From NCBI GenBank assembly GCA_047495785.1, contig JBLDXI010000036.1, positions 1,277,592 through 1,341,591 on the forward strand: a DNA stretch of 64,000 nt, given 5' to 3'. Position 1 is the first letter of the stretch; every line of letters begins with the position of its first letter. Positions 26,174-40,848 of this stretch are shown one piece after another. The stretch comes from Lepidodermella squamata (lineage: Eukaryota; Animalia; Gastrotricha). Position numbers and translations under genes: made by a program. A model generated the notes under the pieces. The model searched no databases. It was not told the origin of the DNA and worked only from the letters and a program-made list of their open reading frames with translations.

Positions 26174-27103
26174 CATAGAGCTAGTTTTAAGATAGAGGTC
26201 CTACTCCTGACTAAGCCTGTAAACGCCATGGGCGCCGGATGGATGAATCAGCGTCGAGTGGTTGGAAAAGTAAACAAATCAGGTGAGTTTCGATCGCTCG
26301 TTATTCGTAAACGATTGATTACAATCAATCATACCCGGCGGTTCGAGATGGCTCTTGAAACGACGAGCACATTGATTATTTTTCCGAAATTTAAATATTT
26401 TTTGAAATGGGAAAAATCGCATAAAAAGGAAATTAATCAATAATAAAACATGACAGCTGCGAAATTTAAGCGTATTTCTAACGGACCAGGTAGTTCTGAT
26501 CAAGCTCCACATTTCAGTGCTTAGAGAGCTTGGACGAATTTTTCCTGATTTTCTGGAATTTTTTTATTAGTTGAATGAATGGCTTTTCACTGCATTCGAA
26601 CTCCGTTCCAGCTCCGGACTCAACTCAGCCACACGTGGCGCACAAGCTGTCAAGAAAGATTCTGGATTGAATCCAACGGGCAATCTCGATTTTTATAATG
26701 TAAATCCAAGCAGAATAATTTATAAAATTATAGAAAATCAGAAAAAAATCGTCCAAGCTCGCCCCAAGCATCAAAATAGAGTGTGATCAGGATATAACCC
26801 ACTAAATTCGAAACATGCTTCAATTTCGATTTTCGATCTAATTATTAGTTAATTTCCATTTATTCGAAATCAAATAATTGTTTTTACCTGCTCTAAATTT
26901 CTGCTTTACCTGCTCTAAATTTCTCTGAAAATTTCGAAAAAATAATCGCAGTGTTCCCCATTTGAAGCGCTATCTGGTACCACCAAATTTTTCGTCAAGG
27001 AAATTACCATATGAATTAGACATCGGGAATAAAAAAATCGCCTGATTTGTTTACTTTTCAAACAAGTCAGGAGTAGGACCTCTATCTTAAAAATAGCTCT
27101 ATG
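26174..27103. mobile_element. Non-autonomous foldback DNA transposon (P- or hAT-type ends)
   Basis: ~39-bp TIR CATAGAGCTAGTTTTAAGATAGAGGTCCTACTCCTGACT; 8-bp TSD GAGATCAC; further internal inverted blocks; related fragment at ~59640-60100. Confidence 0.88.
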
Positions 27104-28637
27104 GAGATCACAGACAAAAATAGTTTGTTAATCATCGCAACACCACTCTAAGCAAGCTAACGCGTTAAGGTGGATCTATTTTAACGCCTGCAAATGCCTT
27201 CGGACATAACGTTAGTCTGACGGGGAAATGTGTGAATAACGGCAGAAAATACCTGGTTTTTGAATAGTCAAGAATTATCAAGCCTTAGTCGAAAGATTCC
27301 TGGAAATGCTTTTGGAAAATGCCAAAATAATTCCTGAAACTCAGCCCATCCAAGACTTATCAACCGTAAAACCAAGCATTTATTACACGTTAACGAGACG
27401 TTAGGAAAATTCCTCTACATTATAGCCATAATTAAGCGTTAGATCAGGGCGACCTTAACGCCTAGACAAGTCATCCGGCGTTAGCACGAATTTACGCGCA
27501 AAATTCCCATCACTCATTATTCCATGCGGAAATAATACGTGCGCAAAATTCCACTGAACGAATATACCGTGCGGATCTACCTCTGAATCTGATAAGTTTG
27601 CCAATCAGATGAAAAACGAATAAGGAAATTCTTACCGATTCATGGATGGCACATGCTGATTGGATCTCGACGCATGACATCGGAGCCAGTTCCCTCGTCA
27701 ACCCGAGCAATCCTTGTTACTAGGATAACACGCTCTCGTCTTTCTCGAGTTGCAAGGGCCAGTGGTTGTCGACATTGGTTTTGTTATGTCACGCTCGCCG
27801 TAGTCGTATTGATGCACGGTGCGAAGGCCACGCTCGCAGGTAGGTGCTGAGCGCGAGAATGTCCCACTTTTCAATCGACTCGAATAATTGAAAAATCATC
27901 TGAAAATAAGACAAAACAGCTATATATAAAATGATATAGGCTGTTTCGTGAATTAATACTAATTGAGAAGTTCGAGACTCATACGAAAATGTCCATAATT
28001 TTCTGGCAAAGAAACCGGAATTTCGTCCGGATTTTGTGGACCAGCCACAAAGGTATGACTGGTCTTTCATTAAATTTTTGTCGGCCCTGATTATCCCTCA
28101 AATCAAACTAAAATCGAAACTTCTTAGGCTAGATTATATTTTCGGCGTTCATCAATTCTGAACATGGGCGCTAGATCGTCTGCTGATTTATCTATTTCTT
28201 GAAGGCTTAAAATCGAAAAAATCAAAATTCCAACCGTCGATTGGCGATAATGGCCAGAGTATAAAAAACCAAATGTCATCAGATAGATATCTTCAGGAGG
28301 AACACGGTGATATTTTTTCCGCAATTTGAATAATAAAGGAACTGATCAAATATTAGGAAATTTTTTGCATTCCGAAATAAACCATGGCAACAGCTTCCAA
28401 AAGTTAAATAGAACAACGTTTTCAGGAAATTTGATTTTTCATACCAAAAGCTAATAAAAATCCACGATGAGAAATTGAAGTATAACTAGGTCATTTTCCT
28501 TCATTTTGTTTTATTTGTTCCATCAACTGCCAAAACAATACTCCACAATTTTAGACTGAAACGTTGCTAACTAAATAATCTCAGACATCGATGTTAGGGC
28601 CAAAAATCACCTGGCCATTCCTAACAATTTCACCAGT

Positions 28638-28640
<3 letters not shown>

Positions 28641-28670
<30 letters not shown>

Positions 28671-28869
28671 GTTTCATTTAGCCTCTCCTAGACTGTACGT
28701 CCTTATACCGTTTCCGGTTTTGAAGAGGGCGAAGGTAGGCAAAGATTGAAGATTGATCCTTACCCACCCCCACAGTTGAAGATTCTGCTTTTTCCGAAAA
28801 ATTCATAATTTTCAACAATCATGCGCTATTCATCTTTTTCAAAGGATGCGAGTTCAGCTAATTGTAAAG
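28641..28869 (-). mobile_element. Truncated RTE-like LINE 3' end with (ATT)n tail
   Basis: Reverse complement of the 23060-23270 LINE end; flanked by a CCAGTTGAA duplication. Confidence 0.8.
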
Positions 28870-29253
28870 CCAGTTGAAAAAACTAAACTAAAATTCGGAA
28901 AATAACTAAAACAAGACATTTTTACTAAATTTCTAAATTTGAGGGGGCATCTCACGCTGAAAAATGGCTCCGGAAAAACAGTGATACTCTTGATACTTTG
29001 TCTGATTTCGGAAAAAAATCGTTTCAATATTTCACTGTAAGGCTAGGTGAAAACTGCGCTTCAGTTTCAACATAAATTTTCGATAAAATGTCAGTTGAAT
29101 CGTTAATTTGTAATGTCGTCGAACCGACTTGACCCCTCAACCCTGGGCTACTATTTGGGATGAGCAGCAACTGGGGTACTTATGGATCAAATCGTGAATT
29201 TCTAGAAAATGAAACTTTCAAGAAAGAAAAATTAGAAATCAAAAACTGATTTA

Positions 29254-29485
29254 CCGTAGAGCGGTACAATTTTGAACAGGGTACAACTTTGAACATTTTT
29301 TCAAAAGTACAATTTTGAACGAACGTTTGCATTGAAAAAAATGAAAGTGTTCAAAATTGTACTATCGTGAGTGTGAAGTACAATTTTGAACATTAACGAA
29401 ATTTTCAATGCAAACGTTCGTTCAAAATTGTACTTTTGAAAAAATGTTCAACTTTGTACTTGTTCAAAATTGTACCGCTCTACGG
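29254..29485. mobile_element. Palindromic MITE (Tc1/mariner-pogo type)
   Basis: CCGTAGAGCGGTACAATTTTGAAC...GTTCAAAATTGTACCGCTCTACGG; TA on both sides; almost the whole element is an inverted repeat. Confidence 0.88.
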
Positions 29486-32400
29486 TATATTTTTCGCATT
29501 TTTCAAATTTTAGGAAAATCATTATCACAGTGTTGGAATTTATTTTCGGTAAAAATGCGAAACCATGCTCAGCAGAGGTTTACAAAAATTTCTCACCCTG
29601 AAATCGCGCTTAGACATCGACAAACCCGAATCGAATTTTTTATAAAATTTCCCGATATAGGAGAAAATATTTTCAACTTTTCTAACCTTTGTGAATGGTT
29701 CCAGGAGTGATTCGGCTTGTGATCACTGCATTCTGAGCTGAATCAGTTCGAGAATTCCAGAAGAAATCATTTCTTTCCAGCGATAACGAGATGCGAAATA
29801 GCGACCGATCTGACAAAACATCGGGACAATAGCATTCGATCGGCAGGCTATTTCGAAAATGAGATGCCGTCAAAGTACGCGATAAGCGATTGCAACAAGT
29901 TGAGTTTAACAGATGCACAGTGTTGTAGCCAGCGCCTCCTGGCTACCAGCCGTTCGATTCGAAATTTTTCAGCAGGAATTTGAACGCATATTTGATTCGG
30001 GGAGCAGATTTTCGGACTGATGATCACTCCATCAAGGCGACGGATGCACGAAAACCGCGGCGCCTTAACAACAGCCGGATGAAGGAATGAAACATTAAGG
30101 ACCGTCAGATTCAAGAATCTAATAAAAAATGAAAAAAATGAAAAAAAAGTTAGAAAAAATGAAATAATTCCGGTTAGCAAAAATATATCCCAGGATATGT
30201 AAACTAAATACTTTATAGCTGAATTACCCATGGAGTTACAAAAACTCCTGCTTTTTCAACTCATTTCTTTCTTTATGATTAAAACGGTGATAACCAATCG
30301 GGAAGTCTCAATATTTATTCGCGAATATTCCTAGGCATTACCTGGATTTGATAAGAATTTTTCTTAGATGAAGCATGACGGGAACAAATGAGATTTTCCT
30401 ACTTTGGGTCAAAAAACAGCAAGACGTGGCGCTTATTCTCTTGAATTTTATAAACAATAGCTCAACTGAAATGTGCTCTCAGATTTTTGCCCTCGTAGAT
30501 TCTTTGCTGCAAAATTCGAAAATTTTTTATGGGCGAATCTTGAAATGCTAGACCGTGATTTATGGAATGTTGGCGTTCAAAATTAGTGGCCTATACTGTC
30601 CCTCCGGATTCGATTACCATCAGCCAAATCATGCGCAAATTAAATTTACCTGCTCCGAGCAATTAATCAAGTATCATCAATGCTGGTTGCAAAATTAAAA
30701 GTCATAAGCCTTTGGACGCCCAATGATGGGGCAATATTTTATTAACCATGCCACACAAATATTTCATTTCTAACGCAAGCCAAGTCTGAACTGATATCAA
30801 AAATAATCCGAAATTTGATTGAACACGATTGTTGGAATTATCCAATAATTCAATCCGAGCAATCCGACATGTAGTCGCGGTGAGGCGAAGTTGATGAGCG
30901 ACTGGTTAGAGCAACAGCATTAACGGCAGCTACAAATAATTCATTCAGGTGGGTCATCTGAGTGGGTAAAAGTTACCCGCATTAGGTAGCAGTCGCATTG
31001 CAGCACTGCATTGCAGCAAAGAGGTGAGTGTAGAGACGTTGCATCAAAAGCTGCCTAACGATTTCGAGAAATTAATAGAAAATAGAAAATAATGCAGAAA
31101 TGAAGGAATAAAATCGCTAATATGGAACGCTTTCCTCTGTTGTGTAACAGGGGTTTTATGAAACTAAGTCGAGAACAATCTGATCTTGCGTCATCTCCGA
31201 GCCACAATGATCTCCATTACTTACATTTTCATGCACGCTATACAAATTAAGGACGCGAGCGGTCTGAGAACAAAAAATTGCGGGAATATAAAAAAATACC
31301 GGAAAATTGAAATAAAATAACAAAATGCAGGTGATCATCGGCGATCAACACAACGCTCCGGCGAATTTCCAGATACCAGTTCAATCATGGCTATTCACTA
31401 GGCTGACTACTTCTTAAATTTATAAATGTACTAATATAACAGATGAAAAATTGGAAAAATCGAAAAACCAACGAAACATGAAATTCTGTTCACCTTAGCT
31501 ATCGCGAAATTACCCGCGAGTAAACGGGCTCCATCGGGTGCACCGATAATTGCAGCAGAAGAAATTACGAATTTGACACGAATTATATTTCGATGTTATC
31601 AATAAATTCCCATGTCGCAAAAATTCCTCAATATTTTCAGGGAAAAATCCGGGAAAAAAGTGATAGCTCGGAAATTCTGTCTCACAACAAAATGGGTAAT
31701 GATTTGATTTGATTCTTCCCCCCACCTCAATCCTGTGGAAGCAGAAGGTAAAACGTACCAAGTATTAGCAGCCAGGCAAGCAGTGACCGATGAAGGACAA
31801 ATAATGCCGAAAATTGGGGCAGCCACGGGCGGGAGTGAATAACACAATAATAATTAAATGCTAATCTGGTGGTCTAGAACAACAAAAAAATTAAAACTCA
31901 AAAATTATCGAAATATTTAATATTTTAATGGAAATCTACGGATGCTGAAATTGCATAGCGCAGGAGGTCGACGAGGAAAATCGGTTCTTTCTACACGCAC
32001 ACACAAACAAACATCATGACCTGACAAGTAATAAAACAGCAGTAATAAAACGAGTGCGCGGATTATTACACCTTTTACGGCGGCATAATTAGGTCACGGC
32101 CTCAACGTATGACCTGGTCAGCTGCGGCGGCTGGCAGCAGAAATTATCCGTGGATCAAATGGGATGAGCTATGACATGAAGACCAAAAACGTCAGCAAAG
32201 CCACGTAGAAAAAATGGCAAATTTTGAAAAAAATTCAAAAAAATTTCTTTTAAAATAGCATGTAACAATTTCAGCTGCAAGCGTGAAAGGCAATTAATTT
32301 TACGTGGACCCCCGAAGCAATGCAACTGTCGGAGGCTGAAGCAATTTAACATGTCCGTTGAAAATTTTTCGCAAAAACCGCGATAAAATATACAAATAAT

Positions 32401-35400
32401 TTATAGTTCTAAATAAAATAATGGTTAAAATTGTACTGATTCATTCCGGTCATTCGCAGGAATTTTCAGCTTCCTGGTATTGGCAAGTGTAAAGAATTGT
32501 CACGCTGTCAAAATCTAGACTTAATATGCCATAGCCAGATGCCATAACCAATGGGGTCAGACGAATATTAGAGACGAAACTGATAAATTCGGTGCAATAA
32601 AAAATAATAATAATTGAATAAACCATCTAAAATTTCTGGCGTCGCTGGCAATCAATACTGAACAGCTTCAAAGGTTAAAAATTATTGATAAAACATAAAC
32701 CGAACGGATGGACGCAAATGCAAGTTGCCGGGGAATTTCATAAAAATCATTCGGAAATCAATAAATTAAAAATTAAAAATAAAAATTTGAATTAACCGAA
32801 GATAGTTTGAATTACCTAGGAATATTTATCGGAATGTAGATCTATACCCTTGATTTCAGGATATTAATTGCCAGGCGAATGAATTTTGTAAAGTTGGGCA
32901 TTTCTAACAAAATTCTATGTTCTAAAATCTAAAATCTGAAAAATTGTCAAAATTTGCTTCGCACATGCACAAAATTACTCTCTCGCAAAAAAGCATTGTG
33001 CAAAATTCTCACTCATCGATTATTTAAAAAAACACATGGGCAGCGCACAGATTGAAAATTTGTGCGTGAAAAAGGCAGTTTTTATTGCTTTTTCACTCAC
33101 GTCAAAGGTAAATTTCTGCCAGTTTTAATGCTTCGGCATCCGTTTTTTCTCGACAATCTAATTGCCACGACTGCTAGCAACAATATATCGCTCGAAAATC
33201 CGGTTAAAATCGCTTAAAATCGCTAAACAATGGTCAACAAGCAACCAGAACAATCCTCAAAATGGGCATATATTACAGGTATTTCAGCCTGCATTTTAAT
33301 GGTAAAATGTATTCTAAAGCTATTCCTAAGTGATATTATAATGTAAGAGCAGAGGAATCTTAGGATATGTTCAAAATTCGAAAATTTTACAAACTGACCG
33401 AGAAAATCACCTCTATTTAAGGAGAATTCCAAAAAAAATCACGGCCCTCCGTTTAGAAGGGCGCCTGCCTTCATTGTTGCGTCATTAACACAGCCACACT
33501 AGTCACGTGACTCTTAATCGCTTTTAAATTAAACTCAAAGACAGTAAATGCCATAAGCTTGTCACACAAACAGTGCTGATTTTTTCTGAGTGAGATTTTC
33601 GACGCGAAATTTAAAGACTGGGACTACACGTATCATAAAACCTCAATTTCTTTCCACTCAGGTGAAAACTCAGCTCTTACCATTTATTAGGCATTCCTTC
33701 ATCCGACGTGTGGGTAGTTTCAATGGATTTTTTCCTTTTTTAATATATCTATGGAAAGTCCCGCAATGCCACGCTGCATTTTTCACGGTTCCATGCGATT
33801 TTTCCCTAAATTTTCAAAAACTTAATAACCCTAAATTCAACAAAATTCAAAGCGTTTTAATTTTAGTAACATTGAAACCGGCGGTAGTTTTTTGCATTTA
33901 ATGCGACTAAAGCCGATTCTTCTCCCCGCCGATTATGGTACCTACCTGGTACCTGGTATACGCGCTCCTGGTAATGTTAGCTGGTTATGTATGGTACGCA
34001 AATGCTTCCGATTTTGTTTTTGCTATTTCGGCTTTTTTGACTATTATCTACAGCCAGAAGAATAATATTTTCTGATTCATCTTGAAATTAATTTCGACCG
34101 GCAACGGCGGGCGCCGCTTGGCTCATTATTACCAGACTCCGCCAACCCAAAATTACGGGCCACGGCCAATGGCTGTACCTCCATGGCTAATATTATGGAC
34201 ACAGCGTGAGGTGTCTCGACCCTCGACCAATCCCTGTTTTTTTACCTAATTTTAAGCTCAGCGCATGTCTCATCTTGCGGCTCATTTTTCCGCCCTGAGG
34301 CGGCCGATTTGAAATTAAAAAAAACCTGTATTAGCCATATTAACATTATCGGAAAGCATGAAAATATCGTTTCATGGAGACAAAATCGATATTAAGGTGG
34401 ATAAATATAGTGTCCCAGAATTTGCGCAACTATTTTTTAATTTAGCAACTTTTAATAGGAAATTAATTAATTTTATTAAATTAAACCTACCGAGAGAATT
34501 TCCATCTTTTATCGGCGATTTAACCGCGATAAAATAAAAGATTTATTGGAGAAATCCCGGAAAACCCCGATGGTAACTGGTTCGGTAATTTTCGGTATTT
34601 TACCGGGTTGGACCAATTTCTCCGGAATTTTTAATCCCATTTAAAGTGACGCATACTTGCTTTCGTGTGATATTTTGAATTTTTCTACAAATTTTCTGGC
34701 CACGAGGTGTGACTTCGCCTCTCATTTTAAATGTTCTGAACCGTGTATTTTCTTTGCATGCGTTACTTATGGGACACGCTGTAGTTGTCCTGCTCAGTTT
34801 AAAATTTCGGCGGGGACGAAATATGCGAAAAATTATCATTTCTTTGCTGGCTTTCTTTTTCGCTCAAACAGTTTCGCCTTCGATAGCGGGCTTGAGAATA
34901 TTCGCAATATTTGCGGCTCATTTGCGGCAATAGGTGTATACAATCCTGAGGGCAATGCTAGCATTGTAAAGGCCTTCCGCGGTTTTTACCCGGAACCGGT
35001 CCCAAGGCCGGGTTCTTTTACTGGTGGTTATGAAATATTTTCGCCATTTTTTAGCTTCTGCTTCGAGCTCTGCCTGAATGAAAACCTGACAGATATAGAG
35101 CAGTCGTCATCATCTGCCATCAGCCACGGCCACTCAATCGATACTTAAGATGGATTTAAACAGATTTTCACGGAAAAATTACACTTTTGGTTTCCACATT
35201 TTATTGGCATGTTTACCCCGAAAAATTATTTAGAAATTCAATAACAGTTTAACCGCGACATTGAAACAAAGACAACGTTAAATATTAGCTTGATTATAGA
35301 CGGTATTTCTCTTGCGCCAACAGATCCGACATATTCGAAATCGATACCAAAACTGGTCTCAAAAATCTCAGACCACCTGAGAAAATAATCGGAATAAAAT

Positions 35401-38175
35401 TATTGCGGCTGGACAACAGTTGAAATTCTAACATACCACGCTCCTGGATTCGACCATTTTACTTTAGCTCATAGATCCACGATATTATTTTCGTATTTAT
35501 CTTCTTCGTATTCCGATCCCTTGAAAATAATTATATTTTTTCCAATTTTTTAAGAAATTCAACATTAAAAGTACCATTTGTGGTCGTGGCTGAATAACAC
35601 ACCCAGTATCTTCGGTTTGGTTTCTCTTGCTTTGATTTAGTCTGCCGCGAGTCAAGCGCCTGAAGAGCCGACTGCTCAAGGCATAGATCGTATCAGTCGC
35701 ATCGTATTCTCCTTTTGACTAGCCATTTGAAGTTTGATCGATTAATTCTAAGAAAAAAATGTAAATTATTACTCTAAACATACATGAGATATTAACGCAA
35801 TTTAACCTCACGACTGAATTTCGTAAATAATCATCATACATTTCAAAGCAAGGCGGAAATCAAAATGAAACAAATTTATCATGGCATCTCTTAACAAGTT
35901 TTGTTCATAACATCCCATTCTTCATTCTGTTGCCGGCTTCAAGCGTTAGTTATTTTGCTCGTGATTAGCTAGTGTGAGTTTGGATGGATATCGTTGGCGC
36001 TACCAAATAAGTAACTCGGAAATAATCTGGCTAATGACTCAAACTGATGAAAGAACTAAAGAAAGTTCAGTTGACTTGAAATGAAAGGCGTAAAGTCGGA
36101 TTCTTACTAGTCATTAGTCACCTTAAATGTGCCAGCTTAATTCAGAGTGCTCAAGCAGCGCCACCTCATCCACACTCACCTTTCGTTGAATCACGCCAGC
36201 TCACAAACAGCAGAAGCCAGAAGCATTTCAAGTTTAGATGTTGCCTTACATATTTTCCATCATCCATTCGATCCTGGACTGAGAGGCCCAGAGATGTTAC
36301 AACCCTAGCGGACCGTTATTAGCGGTTATATCTAGAAGTTCAAGATTAAAATAATGCAACACTCGAGACTCCTACCAGCATCAAATGCACATAACACATA
36401 ACGTCCCCGAGTGCATCGACGCCGTAACTTCGGTTTTAGAAAGACAGCAAAGAGACCCTAGGGCAAAATTAGATTGAATTCTTAGACAGAAAAGCATTAA
36501 GAAAGTAAATTCTAGTACTCTCATGCCAAGCCAACATAAACAAGGAGCATCCATTAAACCCCATCTCTAACCTGTGAACTCCAATAGCATCTAAAATGTG
36601 AATCAGAGTAACTCCGCGAGAAATTCCCGAAATTTATGAAAACGAGTGGTGTTCTGGATATAAGGAGTTTCAAGTCACAGCAAAGCGCTCCTAATTCAGA
36701 ACAAAACATGGTCGCTTGCTCATCTTCAAAGTCATGAGTTGCAGAAGAACAGCCAGCAACAAGCCGATCTAACTGATAAATCTGAAAAATATGCTGCTTA
36801 ACCACTCCACTGCCGCCTACAATAGCAAAAATTGATCAAATATACAATGCCGCAACTTAAAATAAGCACTAATACACTGCCAGGCAGCCGAAAGTTAACT
36901 TGACGAGCCCAACCCACGGGCAACACGAACTACTGCCTAACACCAGCCAAAAACCTGAAAATTGCGCGCCAGTTCAGCATTAATAAATTGATGTGAAAAC
37001 CAATACGGAAGCCTTTTTATATTTTTCCGAAGTTTGAAATTATGTTTTCTAGATAATTCGAAGATATGAACCCCTGTTAATTAATAAAATCAGGTCGTTT
37101 CTTAAAAATCAGTCCCCACGCAATGCCGGCGGCACTATGTAGGAAACCTTTCCATATTCTCACGCAAGGCAGCGCCTAGCGAACGACGAGCTGTAGTTGT
37201 AGCCTAGTCACAGTATCGGCAACCACGCGCTGGCTAATGGCTAACGGAGAACGCAGCGGTACTGGGAGTTGAAGAGGCTCAGTTCGTGGAAGATCGGGGT
37301 CGAATTGCCCGATGTCAGGCCATTGCAGCCTAACAGCAAAGGAGCAGCATGAGTCCATGAACGAAATAACAGTAAACCATAAACAACCTGGACGAAGACG
37401 TAGGAGTGCGCGACAGGCGTGCGGGGACTGAGCACACGGCCCGCATAGGTTTTTTTTCCGCACACACAGACGCGAACGGCGACAGTATGGGGGTTCCCTC
37501 CGGCATTAGATATTTGGAATCAGCATGAAAAATTGAGGTAGACCCCCAATTAGCGCGCAATTAGCAGCCAAATTCACGAAGAAATCGACTAATTGTTGAA
37601 TTTAGAAAAGATGAAAAGTTCTGAATGTCGACAATCTATCGGAATTCTCGCTCTCGATGACACTTTCTTTGGCCTTCTTGATTGGCTTGAATACTTCAAT
37701 CCAGCTTGACACTCTCGATTAAGATGACATTTTGACATTTTGAGTGCAACGGATTATAAGAATTGATCATAAGACTAAGATTCTTAATTAGCTTGAAAAT
37801 GAAACACAGCGAAAAATGCAGCCCAATTTTCTCGAGTTCTTGTTCCGTGTTAACGTACTCAGTGGCATTTCCGCCAATCTATTCATAGGAATGGCTTTTT
37901 CCAGGTAGTATAAACAATGCGTGACGCAGATGAACATACAAACAAGTAAAATACGCAGCGACAAAACAAGAAGTTAATAACATGTTATTGGTGCTATATA
38001 TCTGATGAGAGAAGGATATTACGAGCTATCACCAATTCTTTATTGACAGCTGCAAAACGTAACGGACTAGAGGTTTGCCTATAAAACCGAGGCGGCAAAG
38101 CGCTCACAAACAGTATTCGTTTTCGATATTTCTTGATCTCTCACTATCATCATCCACCATCATCCGCAATCGGCA

Positions 38176-38559
38176 ATGCAGTCTAAGGTTGTTTTCTTGC
38201 TAGCTATCGTCGTACTGGCTGTTGCCTGCATTCAGCAAGCGAGCGCCGCACCCAAAACAACCAAGCGCACAATCAGTAATAATGAACTTGTGTGGAGCGA
38301 AAGCTAGATAATTGATATTTTTTCTCATTTCACAGCCAACATGAGCTACTTCACGAAGGAAGACACTTACTGCAAGGGCGAGTATCGTCGCGTGAAGGCA
38401 TGGGGCGATGACGAGTGTGCCAGGGAGTGCAGAATCGACCACGCGGGCTGTGTCGCGTTTTTCTACAATGATTTGATGTGTCTCTTGTACAAGGAATGCG
38501 TACCTGGCGCCAAGGTCAGGGGCACGATCTTCACATACAGGATGATCAAGCAAGGCTGA
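38176..38559 (+). CDS. Secreted single PAN/Apple-like protein, divergent copy D, 107 aa (exons 38176-38275, 38336-38559)
   Basis: Signal MQSKVVFLLAIVVLAVACIQQASA; 60-nt phase-1 intron; YCKG..ECARECRIDHAGCVAFFY..MCLLYKEC; TATAAA at ~38080 and AATAAA at ~38699. Confidence 0.88.
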
Positions 38560-39330
38560 AAACCCTGCGAAGAAGAGCAAAAGCTGGTGAGCTGACGTGA
38601 GAAGAGACTTGCATGGGATGCCATACACACCGTTTATTCTGATTGCTGTGTTCTATAGCTCTAAAATTTATGGATTGTGGCATTGATGGAACCCGAGGAA
38701 TAAATTATTCTACTTATTAACATTTCCGACATTCATTATTCCTAACAATTTGGTTGAATCGAAATAGGGCAAAACGTTTCCAAAGTGTCCACCTGGTTTA
38801 CATCGCGCTTAAACATTATTACAGTTAAAGTTGTCTAAGCCGGGCTCGGATCGCGCCAGGCAAAATGGTCCGGTTTAGACTTATAATATATGTTAGAACA
38901 CCGAGTTTTGATTCTAATCGAGAAAACGCGTAATTAGTAGAATTTTTGATAATCTCGAGTAAACGAAGACGAGTCGAAGTTTACGAGAGGGAGCGTTTTC
39001 GAGATTAGGATTAAAACGAGTGATCTAACATTATTAGAGCACGGCTTCTAATTTTCAGGGACTGAGTTGAGCAAGTTTTTCACCTCATTTTAATCAAATT
39101 TTCTGCTTTAATTGAGCATCAACTAGTACCTCGCCGAACATGCCCAACTCATCGAAATTACGATCATCTTAGAGAGCGTATCCAAATGACTGAAATCAAT
39201 GCAATTAGCAATGCGAAATTCGTGCTAGTTCTGCAACGCTCGCATTATTGCTGACACTTGTGTGTGCGTGCTTAGTGTGTGAGTGTTTTATTGAGGGCAA
39301 TAATTTTACAATTTAAAAAATCGTAAATTT

Positions 39331-40848
39331 TAGTGCGCGCGCGTGGTGTGTGTGCGTGTGCGCGCGCTCTGAGGGTGTTTTTTTTTATTCGACCCGACTT
39401 GCCCGCGCCCGCACTGCCCGCACACGTTCATTAATTCCACCCAGACCGCCCGTACATCCACGGGCGCCCGAACACATTTTTTTATCCGCCCGGCTTGCCC
39501 GCACTCTACACATCGCCCATAACGCCCGGCCTCTCAATACCGGGCAGCTGCGGGAAAAATGATCACGCACGCGATTCGCAGCAGCAAAAAATTGCAAAAA
39601 ACACTAAATTCAAGTGATAAAGCAGTGCTAATGAATTTATTTCTGCTGCTGAATAATAATTCAGAAAATTATAAAATAAATGCAAAATAATTATGCTCAA
39701 TAAGAAGTACGGTGAAATCGCAGCGATTGACAAGCGATCTCGGGTGGGTACTTCACCTCAATTTATCTCAAATGGCCCCACATTGGAATTGCTTTAAATT
39801 ATAAGAGGGATAAGAAGTTCGGATCGCTTTTCGTCGTAGACTCGTGTATCGAATCACAATAGCAGTGGAGAAAAATACCGAAAGTCTAAAACCGTATTGA
39901 TTATCAAATTTTAATACTTAATGCTGCATTAAACAGGCTTTAATTAATACTTTATCAAATCCAAATTATTGAATCAGTTATCGGTTATTATCTTGATCTT
40001 TTCTGATTTTGGAGTTTCGTTTTAGAACAGGTCTACCGAGTAAACCATGGCAATTTTCGCGAAATTTGCACATTTTGAATTCAAAAGCCCAGCCTCAGCT
40101 CAAAAATTTACAAAATTTCATGATAATTTTAGAATATTGGTGAATGATGAGATCGAATTTATCCAGATCCGAAGCGAGTCGGACACCGAAATTAAACATT
40201 GCATGGCGAATGACCTTGACCATCAGGTTGGTCAGGCCTGTTTCAGAATATTTTAAATGCTGTTGAATGGGAATTTGCGATCAGATATATCATATGAAAT
40301 CAAACTGAGCATTTAGAACATTTCATTTAATCATGCTGCAGATTTTCCATCAAAATTCACGGGAATAATCAAGTTAAACTGCAATAATGCGAAAAATATT
40401 TTCCCTTGGTTTTTGTGAGCATAATCATGAATCAGCTATCGCCTATCGCAGTAAAAAATCGCGAAAATTAGAGATATTAACACCAGAGCCCGATGACGGT
40501 TTTTTAATCGCCCGTGCTTCCCAGCTTGCCCGCGTAGAAGCTGTTTTGATAAAAAAATGTTTTCGGACGGCCCGCACAGCCCGGATTTTTTTATTCACGT
40601 CGCCCGTGATGCCCGACTCGCCGCCCGGAAGAAAAATCCGGGGAATAAAAAAATGCACACGCGCCCGCAAAGCCCGTATTTTTTTATTGCTCGCCCGCAC
40701 AATCCGCCGGATCTCCCCGGGCACAGTGGGGAATAAAAAAAAACACCCTGAGAAGCTAGCCTTGAATGTGCGCCGCCCCATCTATACAAGTGTGCGCTAA
40801 ATTCGGTGGTGAAATATGCGCGCGCGTGTGCGCGGTGTGTGCGCGCTA
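39331..40848. mobile_element. Probable hAT-like non-autonomous relic
   Basis: TAGTGCGCGC...GCGCGCTA ends and dense GCCCG subterminal repeats near both ends; no clear TSD. Confidence 0.45.
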
